DNA of 64,000 nucleotides from assembly GCA_963806225.1 (NCBI GenBank), contig CAWDXG010000001.1:800001-864000 (forward strand), read 5' to 3'. Shown here piece after piece: positions 36,751 to 47,148 of the stretch. Made by a program: the position numbers and the translations under genes. Source of the stretch: an uncultured delta proteobacterium (lineage in GTDB: Bacteria; Myxococcota_A; Polyangia; Polyangiales; Polyangiaceae). Within the stretch, counting starts at the first letter, position 1, and every line of letters begins with the position of its first letter. The notes beneath the pieces were generated by a model. That model had not been told where the DNA came from. It made no database searches and saw only the letters and a list, made by a program, of their open reading frames with translations.

Positions 36751-38655
36751 TCAGGGCGCCTCATCCGGCCCCACGTCGAACTTGCCGCCCTTGGGACGTG
36801 GATCGCCTTCGAAGTCGTGATCGGGCGCGTCGGATGACACGCCCGCGTTGATGCACTGGGCGCTGCTCGTCAGGTGGAAGGTCGTGTCGTAGCAGTCCGC
36901 CGAGAAATTGTTCGCCGCGAACGGGAGCGCGTTGGTGGTGGACAGGTCGAGGTCCAGGTCGGACGCGACGTTGTGCTGCCGGTAGACCACGTTGCTGCTC
37001 GAGCCGCTCGCATACGGGATGAACCAGAAATCGTTGTTCTCGATCTTCTCGGGATGGATGTCCTGCGCGCCGGGTTCCTCGAGGATGCCGAAGCGCATGG
37101 CGGCACGCCCGGGCATCATGAAATTGTTGCGGATACGCCCCACGATGGCTGTGCTGCAGCCGCTGCAGCCGGGATTCTGCAGGACGACGACCGCATCCTT
37201 CGGCGGCATCTTGCCGGCGGCGGCCGGCGGCGCCCCGACCAGGAGGTTGGAGCTCACCACGACCTCCTGCACCTGCTTCTCGCTCCGGGTCAGGCGCACC
37301 GCGGCGCTCTGTGGCGCGTCCGCGCCGTAGACGATGTTGTTGGTGACGACGCCATCGCCGCTCCAGCTCAGGATGCCGCCGCACCAGCGGGTCGAGTTGG
37401 TGCAGCTCGGGGTCTGGGTGTTGTTGATCTTGTTCGCGTCGATTTCGAGCACCGAGCTGAACCCGATGCCCCAGCTGTCGTCCAGGCCCTGGCCGCCGGC
37501 GATGGTGTTCGAGAAGATCAGGGTGCCGTCGGTGCTGGTGAAGGCGGTGATGCCGTAGCTGCTGGTCGCGGTGCCGCCGGCGATGGTGTTGCTCTTGATT
37601 TCTGCGACTGTTCCCGGCGGCAGATTGCCGCCGTAGGTGAAGTTGCGCGGTGCGCCGAACGAGATGCCGGTGGAGGACTCCGCGGCCTGGCCGCCGTCGA
37701 TCGTGTTCTTCTCGATCAGCGGACCCGGCTTCTGGATGGCGTTGCTGCCGCTGCCAGCGAGCGCGATGCCGATCGCGCGCGCCGTATTGCCGCTGCCGCT
37801 GATGTTCGGTCCGTTGATGGTGTTGTTCGAGATGTGCGGCGAACCGCCTGCAATGGTGATGGCCGCCCCGCCGGGTTGGTACTTTGGCGTGTCGGTGTCG
37901 TGTCCCTGGACGCGGAATCCGTCGAGCAGCGTCTTGCGGGTGATGGTGTCCGGCGCGAGCAGCCCCTCGTCGTCCTGGTCCAGGATGGCGGTGTCGAACG
38001 ACGTGGGGTCCCGTTTCCAGGTGCAGTTGGCCGCCGTCTCGCAGGAGAAGCCGCCCAGCAGGTTGACACCCTCGACCAGCGTGACCTTCTCGGGATAGTG
38101 ACCGTCGGCCACGTAGACGCTGATGCCCTTCATCGACGGGTTGTTCTGCAGGATCGTCGTCGCGTTCTTGATGCCGTGCGCGATCGTGAACACCGGATCG
38201 GTCATGGTGCCCTTTCCGGTGTCGTTCTGGTTGCCGACCTTGGTCGAGACGAACGTTCCCAGACCCCCGCAACCCTGATCCGCCGGACCGCCGGTGCAGC
38301 CGTTGTTCCGGCCGTCCCCGCAGACTTCAGGCGCCCCGGGATAGGTGCGAGGGTCGTTGTCGTCGCAGTCGCCCTGGCACGTCGTGACGCCGTCGCCGTC
38401 GGCGTCGGTGTTGGTACAGGGCGCGTCCTGGCCGGCGTCCGCGACGGCGCCGGTGCCTCCGGTCGCGCCGCCGCTGCCGCCCGAGCCCGCAGTCGAGCCG
38501 CCCGCACCCCCGGTGGCGCCGCCGTCGCTGCCTGCTGTGCCGCCGTTGCCAGCTGACGAGAATTGGTCACTGCCGCCGCAGGCGCCCAGCGCAGCAGCGC
38601 CGCACAACGCGACGAACACGGCCAGACGTCGCCGTCGGATCCTCGAAGCAAGCAT
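36751..38655 (-). CDS. Surface lipoprotein with MopE-like Asp/Cys motif, DUF1565-like segment and parallel beta-helix
   Basis: GGAGG SD, lipobox ALGAC, DADGDG...DCDDNDP.TYPGAPEVC, I.NN.I.GG repeats and C-terminal CINAG...DFEGDPRP...DVGPDE. Confidence 0.8.
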   Translation of the reverse strand: MLASRIRRRRLAVFVALCGAAALGACGGSDQFSSAGNGGTAGSDGGATGGAGGSTAGSGGSGGATGGTGAVADAGQDAPCTNTDADGDGVTTCQGDCDDNDPRTYPGAPEVCGDGRNNGCTGGPADQGCGGLGTFVSTKVGNQNDTGKGTMTDPVFTIAHGIKNATTILQNNPSMKGISVYVADGHYPEKVTLVEGVNLLGGFSCETAANCTWKRDPTSFDTAILDQDDEGLLAPDTITRKTLLDGFRVQGHDTDTPKYQPGGAAITIAGGSPHISNNTINGPNISGSGNTARAIGIALAGSGSNAIQKPGPLIEKNTIDGGQAAESSTGISFGAPRNFTYGGNLPPGTVAEIKSNTIAGGTATSSYGITAFTSTDGTLIFSNTIAGGQGLDDSWGIGFSSVLEIDANKINNTQTPSCTNSTRWCGGILSWSGDGVVTNNIVYGADAPQSAAVRLTRSEKQVQEVVVSSNLLVGAPPAAAGKMPPKDAVVVLQNPGCSGCSTAIVGRIRNNFMMPGRAAMRFGILEEPGAQDIHPEKIENNDFWFIPYASGSSSNVVYRQHNVASDLDLDLSTTNALPFAANNFSADCYDTTFHLTSSAQCINAGVSSDAPDHDFEGDPRPKGGKFDVGPDEAP

Positions 38656-38731
38656 CACGACCTCCGTGATTGGAAAAGCCAGGGACAAGCATGACGGACG
38701 CACCGCATACCTGTCAAAGGCGCCTGGGAGA

Positions 38732-39154
38732 TCAGGCTGTCAGATCGCGCACCAGATCGGCGGCCTCGTCGCGGTCGATCTCCAGCGCCTCGGCCGTGTC
38801 CATGATCAGCTCGCGCTCGCTGGTGCGGATCAGGCCGTCGGCGGCCGTGACCTGGATGGCGAGCGCCAGCGCGACCTTGCGTGCACCGGCATCGGGCAGC
38901 CGCTGCTTGACCGACGCGAGCCGCGCGTCGCGCCCGGAGCTCTCGAGCTCCTTCTGTGCGCGTTCGAGCAGCTCGCCCACCTTGTCCTTCGAGAGCCGGT
39001 TGTCGCTGAGCGACTCGACGCTCTTCTGGAAGTGCTCGCGCTCCTCCTGGCTGAACTCGCCGTCCGCCGAGGCGGCCAGGACCATCATCTCGATCAGTGC
39101 CTCGAGCTTTTCGTCGGAGAGGTTTTCGACCGCGGAGGTATCGATGGCGCTCAT
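38732..39154 (-). CDS. TerB-family protein
   Basis: Duplicated ASADGEFSQEE and AADGLIRTSE motifs. Confidence 0.82.
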   Translation of the reverse strand: MSAIDTSAVENLSDEKLEALIEMMVLAASADGEFSQEEREHFQKSVESLSDNRLSKDKVGELLERAQKELESSGRDARLASVKQRLPDAGARKVALALAIQVTAADGLIRTSERELIMDTAEALEIDRDEAADLVRDLTA

Positions 39155-39193
39155 GGCGGCGGAGTATACCGGAAGTGATCCGGCTAGAGGACC

Positions 39194-40252
39194 CTAGCGC
39201 GCCTCGAGAAATGGCGCGTGGGTCAGCTCGCGGATGACGCCCGTGGCGTAGCTGCCGGAGGGCAGGGAAAAGTCGAGGACCAGCGAGCCGTCGTCCCGGC
39301 TCTCCAACGCGAGCCCCTCCAGCTTCGCCAGCAGGTCGCGCCGGGTGCCGTCGGCGAGGCGGCCCATCAGCCCGAGCTCCGCGCTGCCCACGCCGAGCGC
39401 GCTCGTGGCCTGGGCCTCGAGCTCCCGGGGAGTGCCCTCCGGCTGTTTCATGCGGGGCCCGGTGATGGGGCCGGTGAGGTGGATGTCCCCCGAGACCAGG
39501 CGCGGCAACTCCGCGTGCGGGTCCTCTACGACGAACACCGAGCGCGAGCCGTCCAGCCGCACGACCTCGCCTTCGAGCAGGTGATCGAGCCCGAGCTCGC
39601 TTCGCAGGGCGAGATAGCGGTTGAAGATCCCCGCCTGGACCACGCTCGGGTAGAGCTTCCTGTAGAAGCGCGCGCGTCGTCCTTCGGCGGGCGCGCCGCG
39701 AGCGAGCCATGCGATGGCTTCAGCGACGTTGTTGCCGCCACGACCGAAGCGCTGCGCGCCGAAGTAGTTGGGAAGGCCGCGTTCGCGGAGTCGCGCGATG
39801 ATCGCGGTGGCGGCGCTAGCGTCCTCGACGCCTACCAGGCGGATCCGGAACCGGTTGCCGAGCTGCTGTCCAGTCCGGAGCTTGCGCTCTCCCGGTCGGG
39901 ATTCGAGCACCTCGAGACCCTCCGGCAGCTCCCACTCGTCGGGAGGCCTGGCGCCGGGTGGCAGCGACAGCCACTGCGAGGTCACAGCGTGCTTGTCCTT
40001 CATGCCGGCGCTGCCGAGGTCGCGCTCACGGACCCGGGCAGCGCGCGCGACGGCGTGCAGCATGTCCGGCGTCGTCCACAGCCGCTTCCGCACGCGCACG
40101 TACAGATGTTCGCCTTGGCCGCTCGGGACTACCGACGGGATCTCGTCCACGACGAAGTCCTCCGGCTCCGGGCCGACCGAGCCGCCCACGGCGGGCAGAT
40201 CGCCGGTGAGGAGCGGAGGCTCGAAGAGAGCGCGCGGCGGGTCGGGGCTCAT
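39194..40252 (-). CDS. truD: tRNA pseudouridine(13) synthase
   Basis: EDFVVDE, AGMKDKHAVTSQW, GNRFRI, NYFGAQRFG and FSLPSGSYAT. Confidence 0.93.
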   Translation of the reverse strand: MSPDPPRALFEPPLLTGDLPAVGGSVGPEPEDFVVDEIPSVVPSGQGEHLYVRVRKRLWTTPDMLHAVARAARVRERDLGSAGMKDKHAVTSQWLSLPPGARPPDEWELPEGLEVLESRPGERKLRTGQQLGNRFRIRLVGVEDASAATAIIARLRERGLPNYFGAQRFGRGGNNVAEAIAWLARGAPAEGRRARFYRKLYPSVVQAGIFNRYLALRSELGLDHLLEGEVVRLDGSRSVFVVEDPHAELPRLVSGDIHLTGPITGPRMKQPEGTPRELEAQATSALGVGSAELGLMGRLADGTRRDLLAKLEGLALESRDDGSLVLDFSLPSGSYATGVIRELTHAPFLEAR

Positions 40253-41244
40253 TTCCTGCGCCGGGCCAGCGTGCCGAGCGACTCCATCAGCTTCGCGCTC
40301 TGAGCCTCGGCGGGCAGGACCTGCAGCTTGTCGAGATCGAGCTCCTCGATGCCGAGGATCAGGATTTCGGGCTCGGACGACAGGTCTGGCCGTCGCGCGG
40401 CAATGACTGCGGGGGAGACGTGCGGTCCCGGCTGCTTTCTTCCCGTCTGCTCGCCCGTGACCTCGATCACCACGACCGCGACGTTGTCGGGACCTCCGGC
40501 AGCATTCGCGAGCTGGATAAGCTCAGCCGCCAGGGCCGACGGTGGTTCCGGCTTCACCATCACCGCCGCGATCGCCGAAGGGGGAACGGGATTGCTGAGC
40601 CCATCCGTGCAGAGCAGATACCGATCGCCGATAGCCACGGCGTGCGAGCGGATCGAGACCCGGACGTTTTCCTCCATGCCTAGTGCGCGCGTGACGACGT
40701 TTTTCGGCAGGCGTTTGAGGACGGACTCGTCCAGCTCCGGACGCTGCTCGAGCACGTCGTTGAGCAGGGAGTGGTCCTGCGTCAGAAGCTCGAGATATCC
40801 GCCACGGAGACGGTAGCAGCGGCTGTCGCCCACGTGGCCGATGTGCAGGAGCCCGCTCCGTGCAGAATAGCCAGCCGCCACCACCGTGGTCCCCATGCCC
40901 CGGTGCTCGTTCGAATCCTTCGAGATCGCGACGATGTCCTGGTTGGCCTTCTTGATGCCGCGGGACATGCGGCGCGCTCCGTTCGACAGCCCGAACGTAT
41001 CGAACTCGGGCTTGTCGTGGGTCTCGCGGACCGTCGAGCCGAAATAGTTGCTGAGCGAGCGCGCGGCGAGCGCGCTGGCGACCTCACCGGCGTTGTGCCC
41101 GCCGGCGCCGTCCGCGACCAGATACAGACCGAGGTCGTCCCGGATCAGGAACGTGTCCTCGTTGTGTTCCCGTATGCGTCCGACATCGGTGGCCCCCGCG
41201 GCTTCCAGCTGGCAGAGTTCAGTCATCGGAGTCGGTTGAACCAT
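40249..41244 (-). CDS. PP2C-family Ser/Thr protein phosphatase
   Basis: TDVGRIREHNED, VADGAGGH, GMGTT, HVGDSR, LCTDGL and GGPDN. Confidence 0.92.
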   Translation of the reverse strand: MVQPTPMTELCQLEAAGATDVGRIREHNEDTFLIRDDLGLYLVADGAGGHNAGEVASALAARSLSNYFGSTVRETHDKPEFDTFGLSNGARRMSRGIKKANQDIVAISKDSNEHRGMGTTVVAAGYSARSGLLHIGHVGDSRCYRLRGGYLELLTQDHSLLNDVLEQRPELDESVLKRLPKNVVTRALGMEENVRVSIRSHAVAIGDRYLLCTDGLSNPVPPSAIAAVMVKPEPPSALAAELIQLANAAGGPDNVAVVVIEVTGEQTGRKQPGPHVSPAVIAARRPDLSSEPEILILGIEELDLDKLQVLPAEAQSAKLMESLGTLARRRK

Positions 41245-41351
41245 CGGGTCGAGTATAGACCCGGCGGACCCGGGACAAGTGCTTGAATCTGCCGGGTTTC
41301 GAGCCGGCGCGCCGGATCGCACGACCTTGGCCGGCTAGATCCGGTGCGGAG

Positions 41352-42719
41352 CTACCAGCCGACGTAGAGCGCTGCCAGGAACACGAGCTGGCTCACCAGA
41401 AGCAGCACGGCGGTGTAGCCGATGATGTCGCGCGCGGCGACGCGCGTGATGCCGAGCAGTGGCAGCGCCCAGAACGGCTGCAGCATGTTGGTCCACTGGT
41501 CGCCGTAGGCGAGTGCCATCACCAGGCGGGGCGGCGAGACGTGCGTGCGCAATGCCGCCTGCATCAGGATCGGACCCTGCACCGCCCACTGGCCGCCGCC
41601 GCTGGGCACGAACAGATTCACTAGCCCGGCCGAATAGAAGCTCACGGCGGGCAGCGCGCCCGCGCCGACGCGCGCCATCGCGCCGGCGATGGCCGCGATC
41701 AGCCCCGTGCCGGTCAGCAGCCCCATGATGCCGGCGTAGAACGGGAACTGCAGGATGATGCCTGCGCAGCCCTGGACCGCGTCGTTGATCGCGCGCCCGT
41801 AGGCGACCAGCGAGCCGTGCAGCGCCACGCCGAGGAACAGGAACAGGAAGTTGATGAGGTTGGGGTCGAGGCGGCCCAGACCCTGGCGACGCACGATGAT
41901 GATCCACGTCGCGAAGCCGAGCAGGCACAGCACCGCCGTCAGGATGCGCGAGCGTTCGAGCCGCGCGGCCGGCGTATCGGGGGAGTCGACCGCGCCGGCT
42001 CCCAGCGCGCCGAGCTCCGGCGCGGCGCTGCGACGCGTGGGATCGCGCGGCAGCATCCGGATCAGCACGAAGGGGACGATGACCAGCAGGAGCGCATTGC
42101 CGACGAGGTTCGATACGGAGCCGATGGTGGAGCCGAGCGGCATCACCCCGACGGCTTTCGCGGTTCCGGCACCGAGGATTTCGGTCAGGTCGCGGGCGAG
42201 CGTGACCTTGAGCGGCGCCGAGCCACTGAGCCCGCCGTGCCACACCAGAAGCCCCGTGTAGCCCGCTGCTGCGAGCAGTGGGTAGTGCACGGCCATGCCG
42301 CGTTCCCGCGCGCGCTGTCCGACCTGCCGTGCCAGAAGCGCCCCTGCGATCAGGCCGAGCCCCCAGTTGACGAGCGCGAGCAGCATGGCGCCCGCCGACA
42401 CGATGGCGATCGCGCTGGCGGGGGTCCGGGCGCGGTCGGCGAGGCGATCCAGCGCGCGGCGCACCGGCGGGCTCGATGCGAGGGCGTGTCCCGTCACCAG
42501 GATCAGGCACATCTGCATGCCGAAGGCGAGCAGGTTCCAGAAGCCCTTGCCGTGGCCGCTGCCGTCGAACCAGGCCGCGAGCACGCGCGCCGGGTGGGGC
42601 CCCACGTAGGCGAAGGCCAGCGCGAACGACACGAACGTCAGGAGCACCGCCAGCACGAACGGATCGGGGATGAAACGCCGTGTGAAGCGGGTCAGGGCGC
42701 TGCCGAGTCGCTCGAGCAT
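41352..42719 (-). CDS. atoE: Short-chain fatty acid transporter
   Basis: PDPFVLA, FGMQMCLILVTG, WHGGLSGSAPL, ILQFPFYAGI, FVPSGGGQW and NMLQPFWALP. Confidence 0.92.
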   Translation of the reverse strand: MLERLGSALTRFTRRFIPDPFVLAVLLTFVSFALAFAYVGPHPARVLAAWFDGSGHGKGFWNLLAFGMQMCLILVTGHALASSPPVRRALDRLADRARTPASAIAIVSAGAMLLALVNWGLGLIAGALLARQVGQRARERGMAVHYPLLAAAGYTGLLVWHGGLSGSAPLKVTLARDLTEILGAGTAKAVGVMPLGSTIGSVSNLVGNALLLVIVPFVLIRMLPRDPTRRSAAPELGALGAGAVDSPDTPAARLERSRILTAVLCLLGFATWIIIVRRQGLGRLDPNLINFLFLFLGVALHGSLVAYGRAINDAVQGCAGIILQFPFYAGIMGLLTGTGLIAAIAGAMARVGAGALPAVSFYSAGLVNLFVPSGGGQWAVQGPILMQAALRTHVSPPRLVMALAYGDQWTNMLQPFWALPLLGITRVAARDIIGYTAVLLLVSQLVFLAALYVGW

Positions 42720-42866
42720 CGGACCGCGCCCGACGCTAGACGATGGGCTGGAAGGCCGCCAGGGGCGTGGGCAACCCTGTGTAGGGAAAGGTGGTTGTAG
42801 TGCGCGCTGTCGCGTTTCCCACCGGCAGCGGTGTACGATGTCGCCACCTTTTCAGGAGGCAGAATC

Positions 42867-43667
42867 ATGAAGAACAGCTCTTGGCTTGCGATGGGCTCTG
42901 TCGCGCTGGTGTTGGGTCTAGCCGCCGGATGCGGCGGCTCGTCGAGCACAGGCGCCAGCAGCAACAACAAGGATGGCGGCGCCGGAACGGCCGGCACTGG
43001 CACGGGTGGTTCCGGCACCGGTGGGAGTGCCACGGGCGGCACCGGTCAAGGTGGAAGCGGCGCGACCGGCGGCACCGGCCAGGGCGGCGCGGGCGCGACC
43101 GGCGGCACCGGCCAGGGCGGCGCGGGCGCGACCGGCGGCACCGGCCAGGGCGGCGCGGGCGCGACCGGCGGGACGGGCGGCACCGCCGCGCAGTGCCCGG
43201 GCTCCCAGCCGAACAACCTCTCGCAGTGTACCGATCAGGGACAGAGCTGCGACTACGGCAGCACGACCTGCACCTGCAACAACTTCCACCGCTGGGCGTG
43301 CGGGCAGTGCCCGAACAACCAGCCGCAGAACAATGCCAACTGCCCCCAGCAGCAGACCGGGACGCAGTGCAGCTACGGCAGCACGCAGTGCACGTGCTAC
43401 GGCGGCAACTGGCACTGCGGGACCTGCCCCAGCACGCAGCCGAAGGACAACAGCAGCTGCCAGGGCAGCGGCGGGCTAGCCTGCGACTACAACGGCACGA
43501 CCTGCGGCTGCTACCAGGGCACCTGGCACTGTGGCGGTGGTACCGGTGGGAATTGCCCCGGCACGAAGCCCAACCCTGGTGACAACTGCACCAGCGGTGG
43601 GTTCCAGTCCTGCCCGTACGGCAACTCGACCTGCTACTGCATCCAGGGCAGCTGGGCCTGCAACTAG
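42867..43667 (+). CDS. Gly-rich linker, Cys-rich repeat lipoprotein
   Basis: AGGAGG SD, lipobox LAAGC and four CP..QP....C......C.Y....C.C....W.C modules. Confidence 0.85.
   Translation: MKNSSWLAMGSVALVLGLAAGCGGSSSTGASSNNKDGGAGTAGTGTGGSGTGGSATGGTGQGGSGATGGTGQGGAGATGGTGQGGAGATGGTGQGGAGATGGTGGTAAQCPGSQPNNLSQCTDQGQSCDYGSTTCTCNNFHRWACGQCPNNQPQNNANCPQQQTGTQCSYGSTQCTCYGGNWHCGTCPSTQPKDNSSCQGSGGLACDYNGTTCGCYQGTWHCGGGTGGNCPGTKPNPGDNCTSGGFQSCPYGNSTCYCIQGSWACN
43035..43166 (+). repeat. In-frame 33-bp tandem repeat, 4 copies (GGTGQGG[S/A]GAT)
   Basis: Units start at 43035, 43068, 43101 and 43134. The last three are identical. Confidence 0.9.
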
Positions 43668-43681
43668 CGGCCGGTGCGAGG

Positions 43682-43717
43682 ACGGCTCGAGCGCGCCCTG
43701 ACGGCGCCTCGAGCCGT
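43682..43717. terminator. GC-rich stem-loop after the lipoprotein gene
   Basis: ACGGCTCGAG(C)GCGCC-ctgac-GGCGC-CTCGAGCCGT, with a weak U-tract. Confidence 0.4.
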
Positions 43718-43887
43718 GTTCGCAATCGGGACACGCGCGCGAAATAACTGCGTAGCGGGGCGGCAAGCCGGCTAGTGCTGCGCGCCCCGCACGGGGCCAA
43801 CATACTGCCCCCTGGGTGGAAGTCCGTTGGACCGCCGCATGGTGCCATGTGGCGTGTTCCGGATCAGGACGCAGTTGTTGCGCGACT

Positions 43888-43901
43888 CTGATTCCCATCA
43901 A
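43888..43901. promoter_or_regulatory. FNR/FixK-type box upstream of ccoN
   Basis: CTGAT-TCCC-ATCAA matches TTGAT-N4-ATCAA at 9 of 10 positions, 44 bp before the ATG. Confidence 0.7.
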
Positions 43902-43945
43902 CCGCATTTCTCCGGGGGCACGTTTCTTGCGAAGCGCGCCGCGAG

Positions 43946-46293
43946 ATGACCACCGCACATGCTCCGGAGGCCGCGGGTGCGCGCTCTCCGGCCCGGGTAG
44001 AGCAGTTCGTCTACGACGACGCGATCGTCCGCAAGTTCGCCGCCGCCACGATCATCTGGGGCTTCGTGGCGATGCTGGTGGGGCTGTGGCTGGCGCTGAT
44101 GCTCGTTGTGCCTTCACTGAGCTTCAACGAGCCGTGGCTCACCTTCGGCCGGCTGCGTCCGCTGCACACCAACGCGGCCATCTTCGCCTTCGCCGGCAAC
44201 GCGATTTTCGCGGCGATCTACTACTCCAGCCAGCGTCTGCTCAAGGCGCGGATGTGGAGCGACAAGCTCAGCAAGATCCACTTCTGGGGCTGGCAGGCGA
44301 TCATCGTCTCGGCCGCGCTGACCTTGCCGTTCGGCATCACCCAGTCGAAGGAATATGCCGAGCTGGAGTGGCCGATCGACATCGCGATCGCCGTGGTGTG
44401 GGTGCTGTTCGCTTTCAACTTCTTCGCGACGATCACGAAGCGTCGCGAGCGGCACATCTACGTCGCGATCTGGTTCTACATCGCGACCATCGTCACGGTC
44501 GCGATCCTGCACATCTTCAACAACCTGGTCGTCCCGGTCGGGCTGTTCAAGAGCTACCCGATCTACGCCGGCGTGCAGGACGCGTTCATGCAGTGGTGGT
44601 ACGGGCACAACGCCGTCGCGTTCTTCCTGACCACGCCGTTCCTCGGGCTGATGTACTACTTCCTGCCCAAGGCGGCGAACCGACCCGTCTATCTCCTACA
44701 AGCTCAGCATCCTGCACTTCTGGTCGCTGGTCTTCATCTACATCTGGGCGGGACCGCACCATCTGCACTACACGGCGCTGCCGGAATGGGCGTCGACGCT
44801 CGGCATGGTCTTCAGCGTGATGCTGTGGATGCCGTCCTGGGGCGGCATGATCAACGGCCTGCTCACGCTGCGCGGCGCCTGGAACAAGGTCGCCGAGGAC
44901 CCGGTGCTCAAGTTCTTCGTGGTCGGCGTGACGTTCTACGGGATGGCGACGTTCGAAGGACCGATGCTTGTCGATCAAGAGCGTCAACGCGCTCTCGCAC
45001 TACACCGACTGGACCATCGCCCACGTGCACAGCGGCACGCTCGGCTGGAACGGGTTCATGACCTTCGGGATGCTCTACTGGCTGGCGCCGAGGCTGTTCC
45101 AGACGAAGAAGCTCTGGTCGAAGAAGCTCGCGGAGGTCCATTTCTGGATCGGCACTATCGGCATCCTGATGTACATCGTCGCGATCTACGCGGCGGGCGT
45201 CACGCAGGGGCTGATGTGGCGCGCCTTCGACAGCACCGGGCGGCTTGCCTATCCCGACTTCGTCGAGACCGTCGTCCGCATCATCCCGATGTGGTGGGTC
45301 CGCGCGGTTGGCGGTGGGCTCTATCTGACCGGCGTTGTCCTGGCGATGATCAACCTGTTCATGACCTGGGCGTTGCGCCCCGAGAAATACGAGGAGCCGG
45401 TCCACGAGGCGCCGGCGCTGGGCGAGTACACCGGCTACACGCCCGAGTTCACGGTGCCCAAGCACGCCACCATGCTGACCTTCGCCTACAGGGTGCAGTA
45501 CTTCATGAAGGCGGAATGGCACCGCGTATGGGAGCGCAAGCCGTTGCGCTTCACCATCTGGGTCACGATCTCGGTAGCGACGGCCTCACTCTTCGAGATC
45601 ATCCCGACGTTCTTGATCCGGTCGAACGTGCCCACCATCGCATCGGTGAAGCCGTGGACACCGCTCGAGCTGGAGGGCCGTGACATCTACGTGTCGGAGG
45701 GGTGCTACAACTGCCACTCGCAGATGATCCGCCCGATCCGCTCGGAGACGGAACGCTATGGGGAGTACTCGAAGCCGGGCGAGTCGGTCTACAACCACCC
45801 GTTCCAGTGGGGCTCGCGGCGCATCGGCCCGGACCTGGCGCGTATCGGCGGAAAGTACCCGGATCTGTGGCACGTGCGTCACATGGAGAATCCGCGCTCG
45901 GTGACGCCACAGTCGATCATGCCCCGCTATCCGTGGCTGTTCACGAAGCACATCAACTTCGGCGGCATCGAGAAGAAGATCGACGTGATGGTGATGCTCG
46001 GCGTCCCGTACGGCCGGGAGATCAACCACGCCGAAGCGTTGGCGCGCGCCCAGGCGCAGAGCGTCGCTGCCGAGATCAAGAAGGAAGGCGGCCCCGCCAA
46101 TCTGCAGGACAAGGAAATCGTCGCGCTCATCGCGTACCTGCAGCGCGTCGGCACCGACATCAAGAAGCAGCCGAAGAGCCCTGCGCCTGGCGAGCTCAAG
46201 GCGGGCAAGCCGCCGTCCGGAACCACGGCGCAAGGCGGGGACCACACCGGGCACCACGCTGGCCAACGTGGCAGCGGGAGGGAACTGACATGA
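43946..46293 (+). CDS. ccoNO: cbb3-type cytochrome c oxidase fused subunits I/II (+1 frameshifts at ~44693 and ~44969)
   Basis: [31 protein letters not shown] and WTIAHVH, continuing in frame into [13 protein letters not shown] and [10 protein letters not shown]. Confidence 0.92.
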
Positions 46294-46508
46294 GCCTCAG
46301 CGACATCATGGGCGCGATGCGTCTGCACATGTACGCCGAGATCGCGCTCTTCATCTTCCTGGCGATGTTCCTCGCCGTGCTGGTGCACGTCCTGCGCAAG
46401 AAGAACGAGTCGCGCTTCGACAGCGCGCGTTACATGCCGCTCGACGATGACAATCCGCAGGAGCCGAGGGACCCCGACGGCTGCGACGAAGGAGCGAGGG
46501 CGCGATGA
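46290..46508 (+). CDS. ccoQ: cbb3 oxidase subunit CcoQ
   Basis: One TM helix and RYMPLDDD; position in the operon. Confidence 0.8.
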   Translation: MSLSDIMGAMRLHMYAEIALFIFLAMFLAVLVHVLRKKNESRFDSARYMPLDDDNPQEPRDPDGCDEGARAR

Positions 46509-47122
46509 CCGACAAGAAGCCGGAGAAGGCCAAGGCGGGAGCACCCGCCGAAGCTCCGCTCGACGAGGAGCTCCTGCTGGATCACGAGTACGACGGTATC
46601 CGCGAGTACGACAATCCTCTGCCGCGCTGGTGGGTGACCATCTTCTGGGGCTCGTTCGTCTTCGCGCTCTGCTACTTCCTCTGGTACTCGGTGCTCGGCA
46701 AGGGCAAGGGGAGGCTCGAGGAGTACCGCGAGGACGTGGCCCAGGCCGAGGCGATCCAGGCCAAGCGCGCCATGGCCGAGAAGGTCACGGAGCAGAGCCT
46801 GGACAAGCTGGCGAAGAATTCCTCGGCCGTGAGCATGGGTAGCGAGGTGTTTCACACACGTTGCCTTCCGTGTCACGGCGACCACGCACAGGGCGTGATC
46901 GGTCCGAATCTGACGGACGGCTACTGGATCCACGGCAACGGCACTCTTATGGATATCTACAAGACCGTGGACAAGGGCGTGGCCGACAAGGGCATGCCGA
47001 CGTGGGGCAAGCAGCTCAAGCCCAAGGAACTCAGGGCGGTCGTGGCGTACGTGGGAACCCTGCGCAACACTAACGTCAAAGGGAAGCCCCCGCAGGGCCA
47101 CCAGGTGAAGAGCCTGAAGTAA
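46505..47122 (+). CDS. ccoP: cbb3 oxidase subunit III (mono-heme)
   Basis: DHEYDGIREYDNPLPRWW, CLPCH, GPNLTD and GMPTW. Confidence 0.9.
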   Translation: MTDKKPEKAKAGAPAEAPLDEELLLDHEYDGIREYDNPLPRWWVTIFWGSFVFALCYFLWYSVLGKGKGRLEEYREDVAQAEAIQAKRAMAEKVTEQSLDKLAKNSSAVSMGSEVFHTRCLPCHGDHAQGVIGPNLTDGYWIHGNGTLMDIYKTVDKGVADKGMPTWGKQLKPKELRAVVAYVGTLRNTNVKGKPPQGHQVKSLK

Positions 47123-47148
47123 CCGGGGGGAAGAGAGACGCGAAATCA

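Noticed and set aside
43035..43166. 33-bp repeats as a CRISPR array
   Set aside because: No spacers, in-frame within a CDS, and no cas genes.
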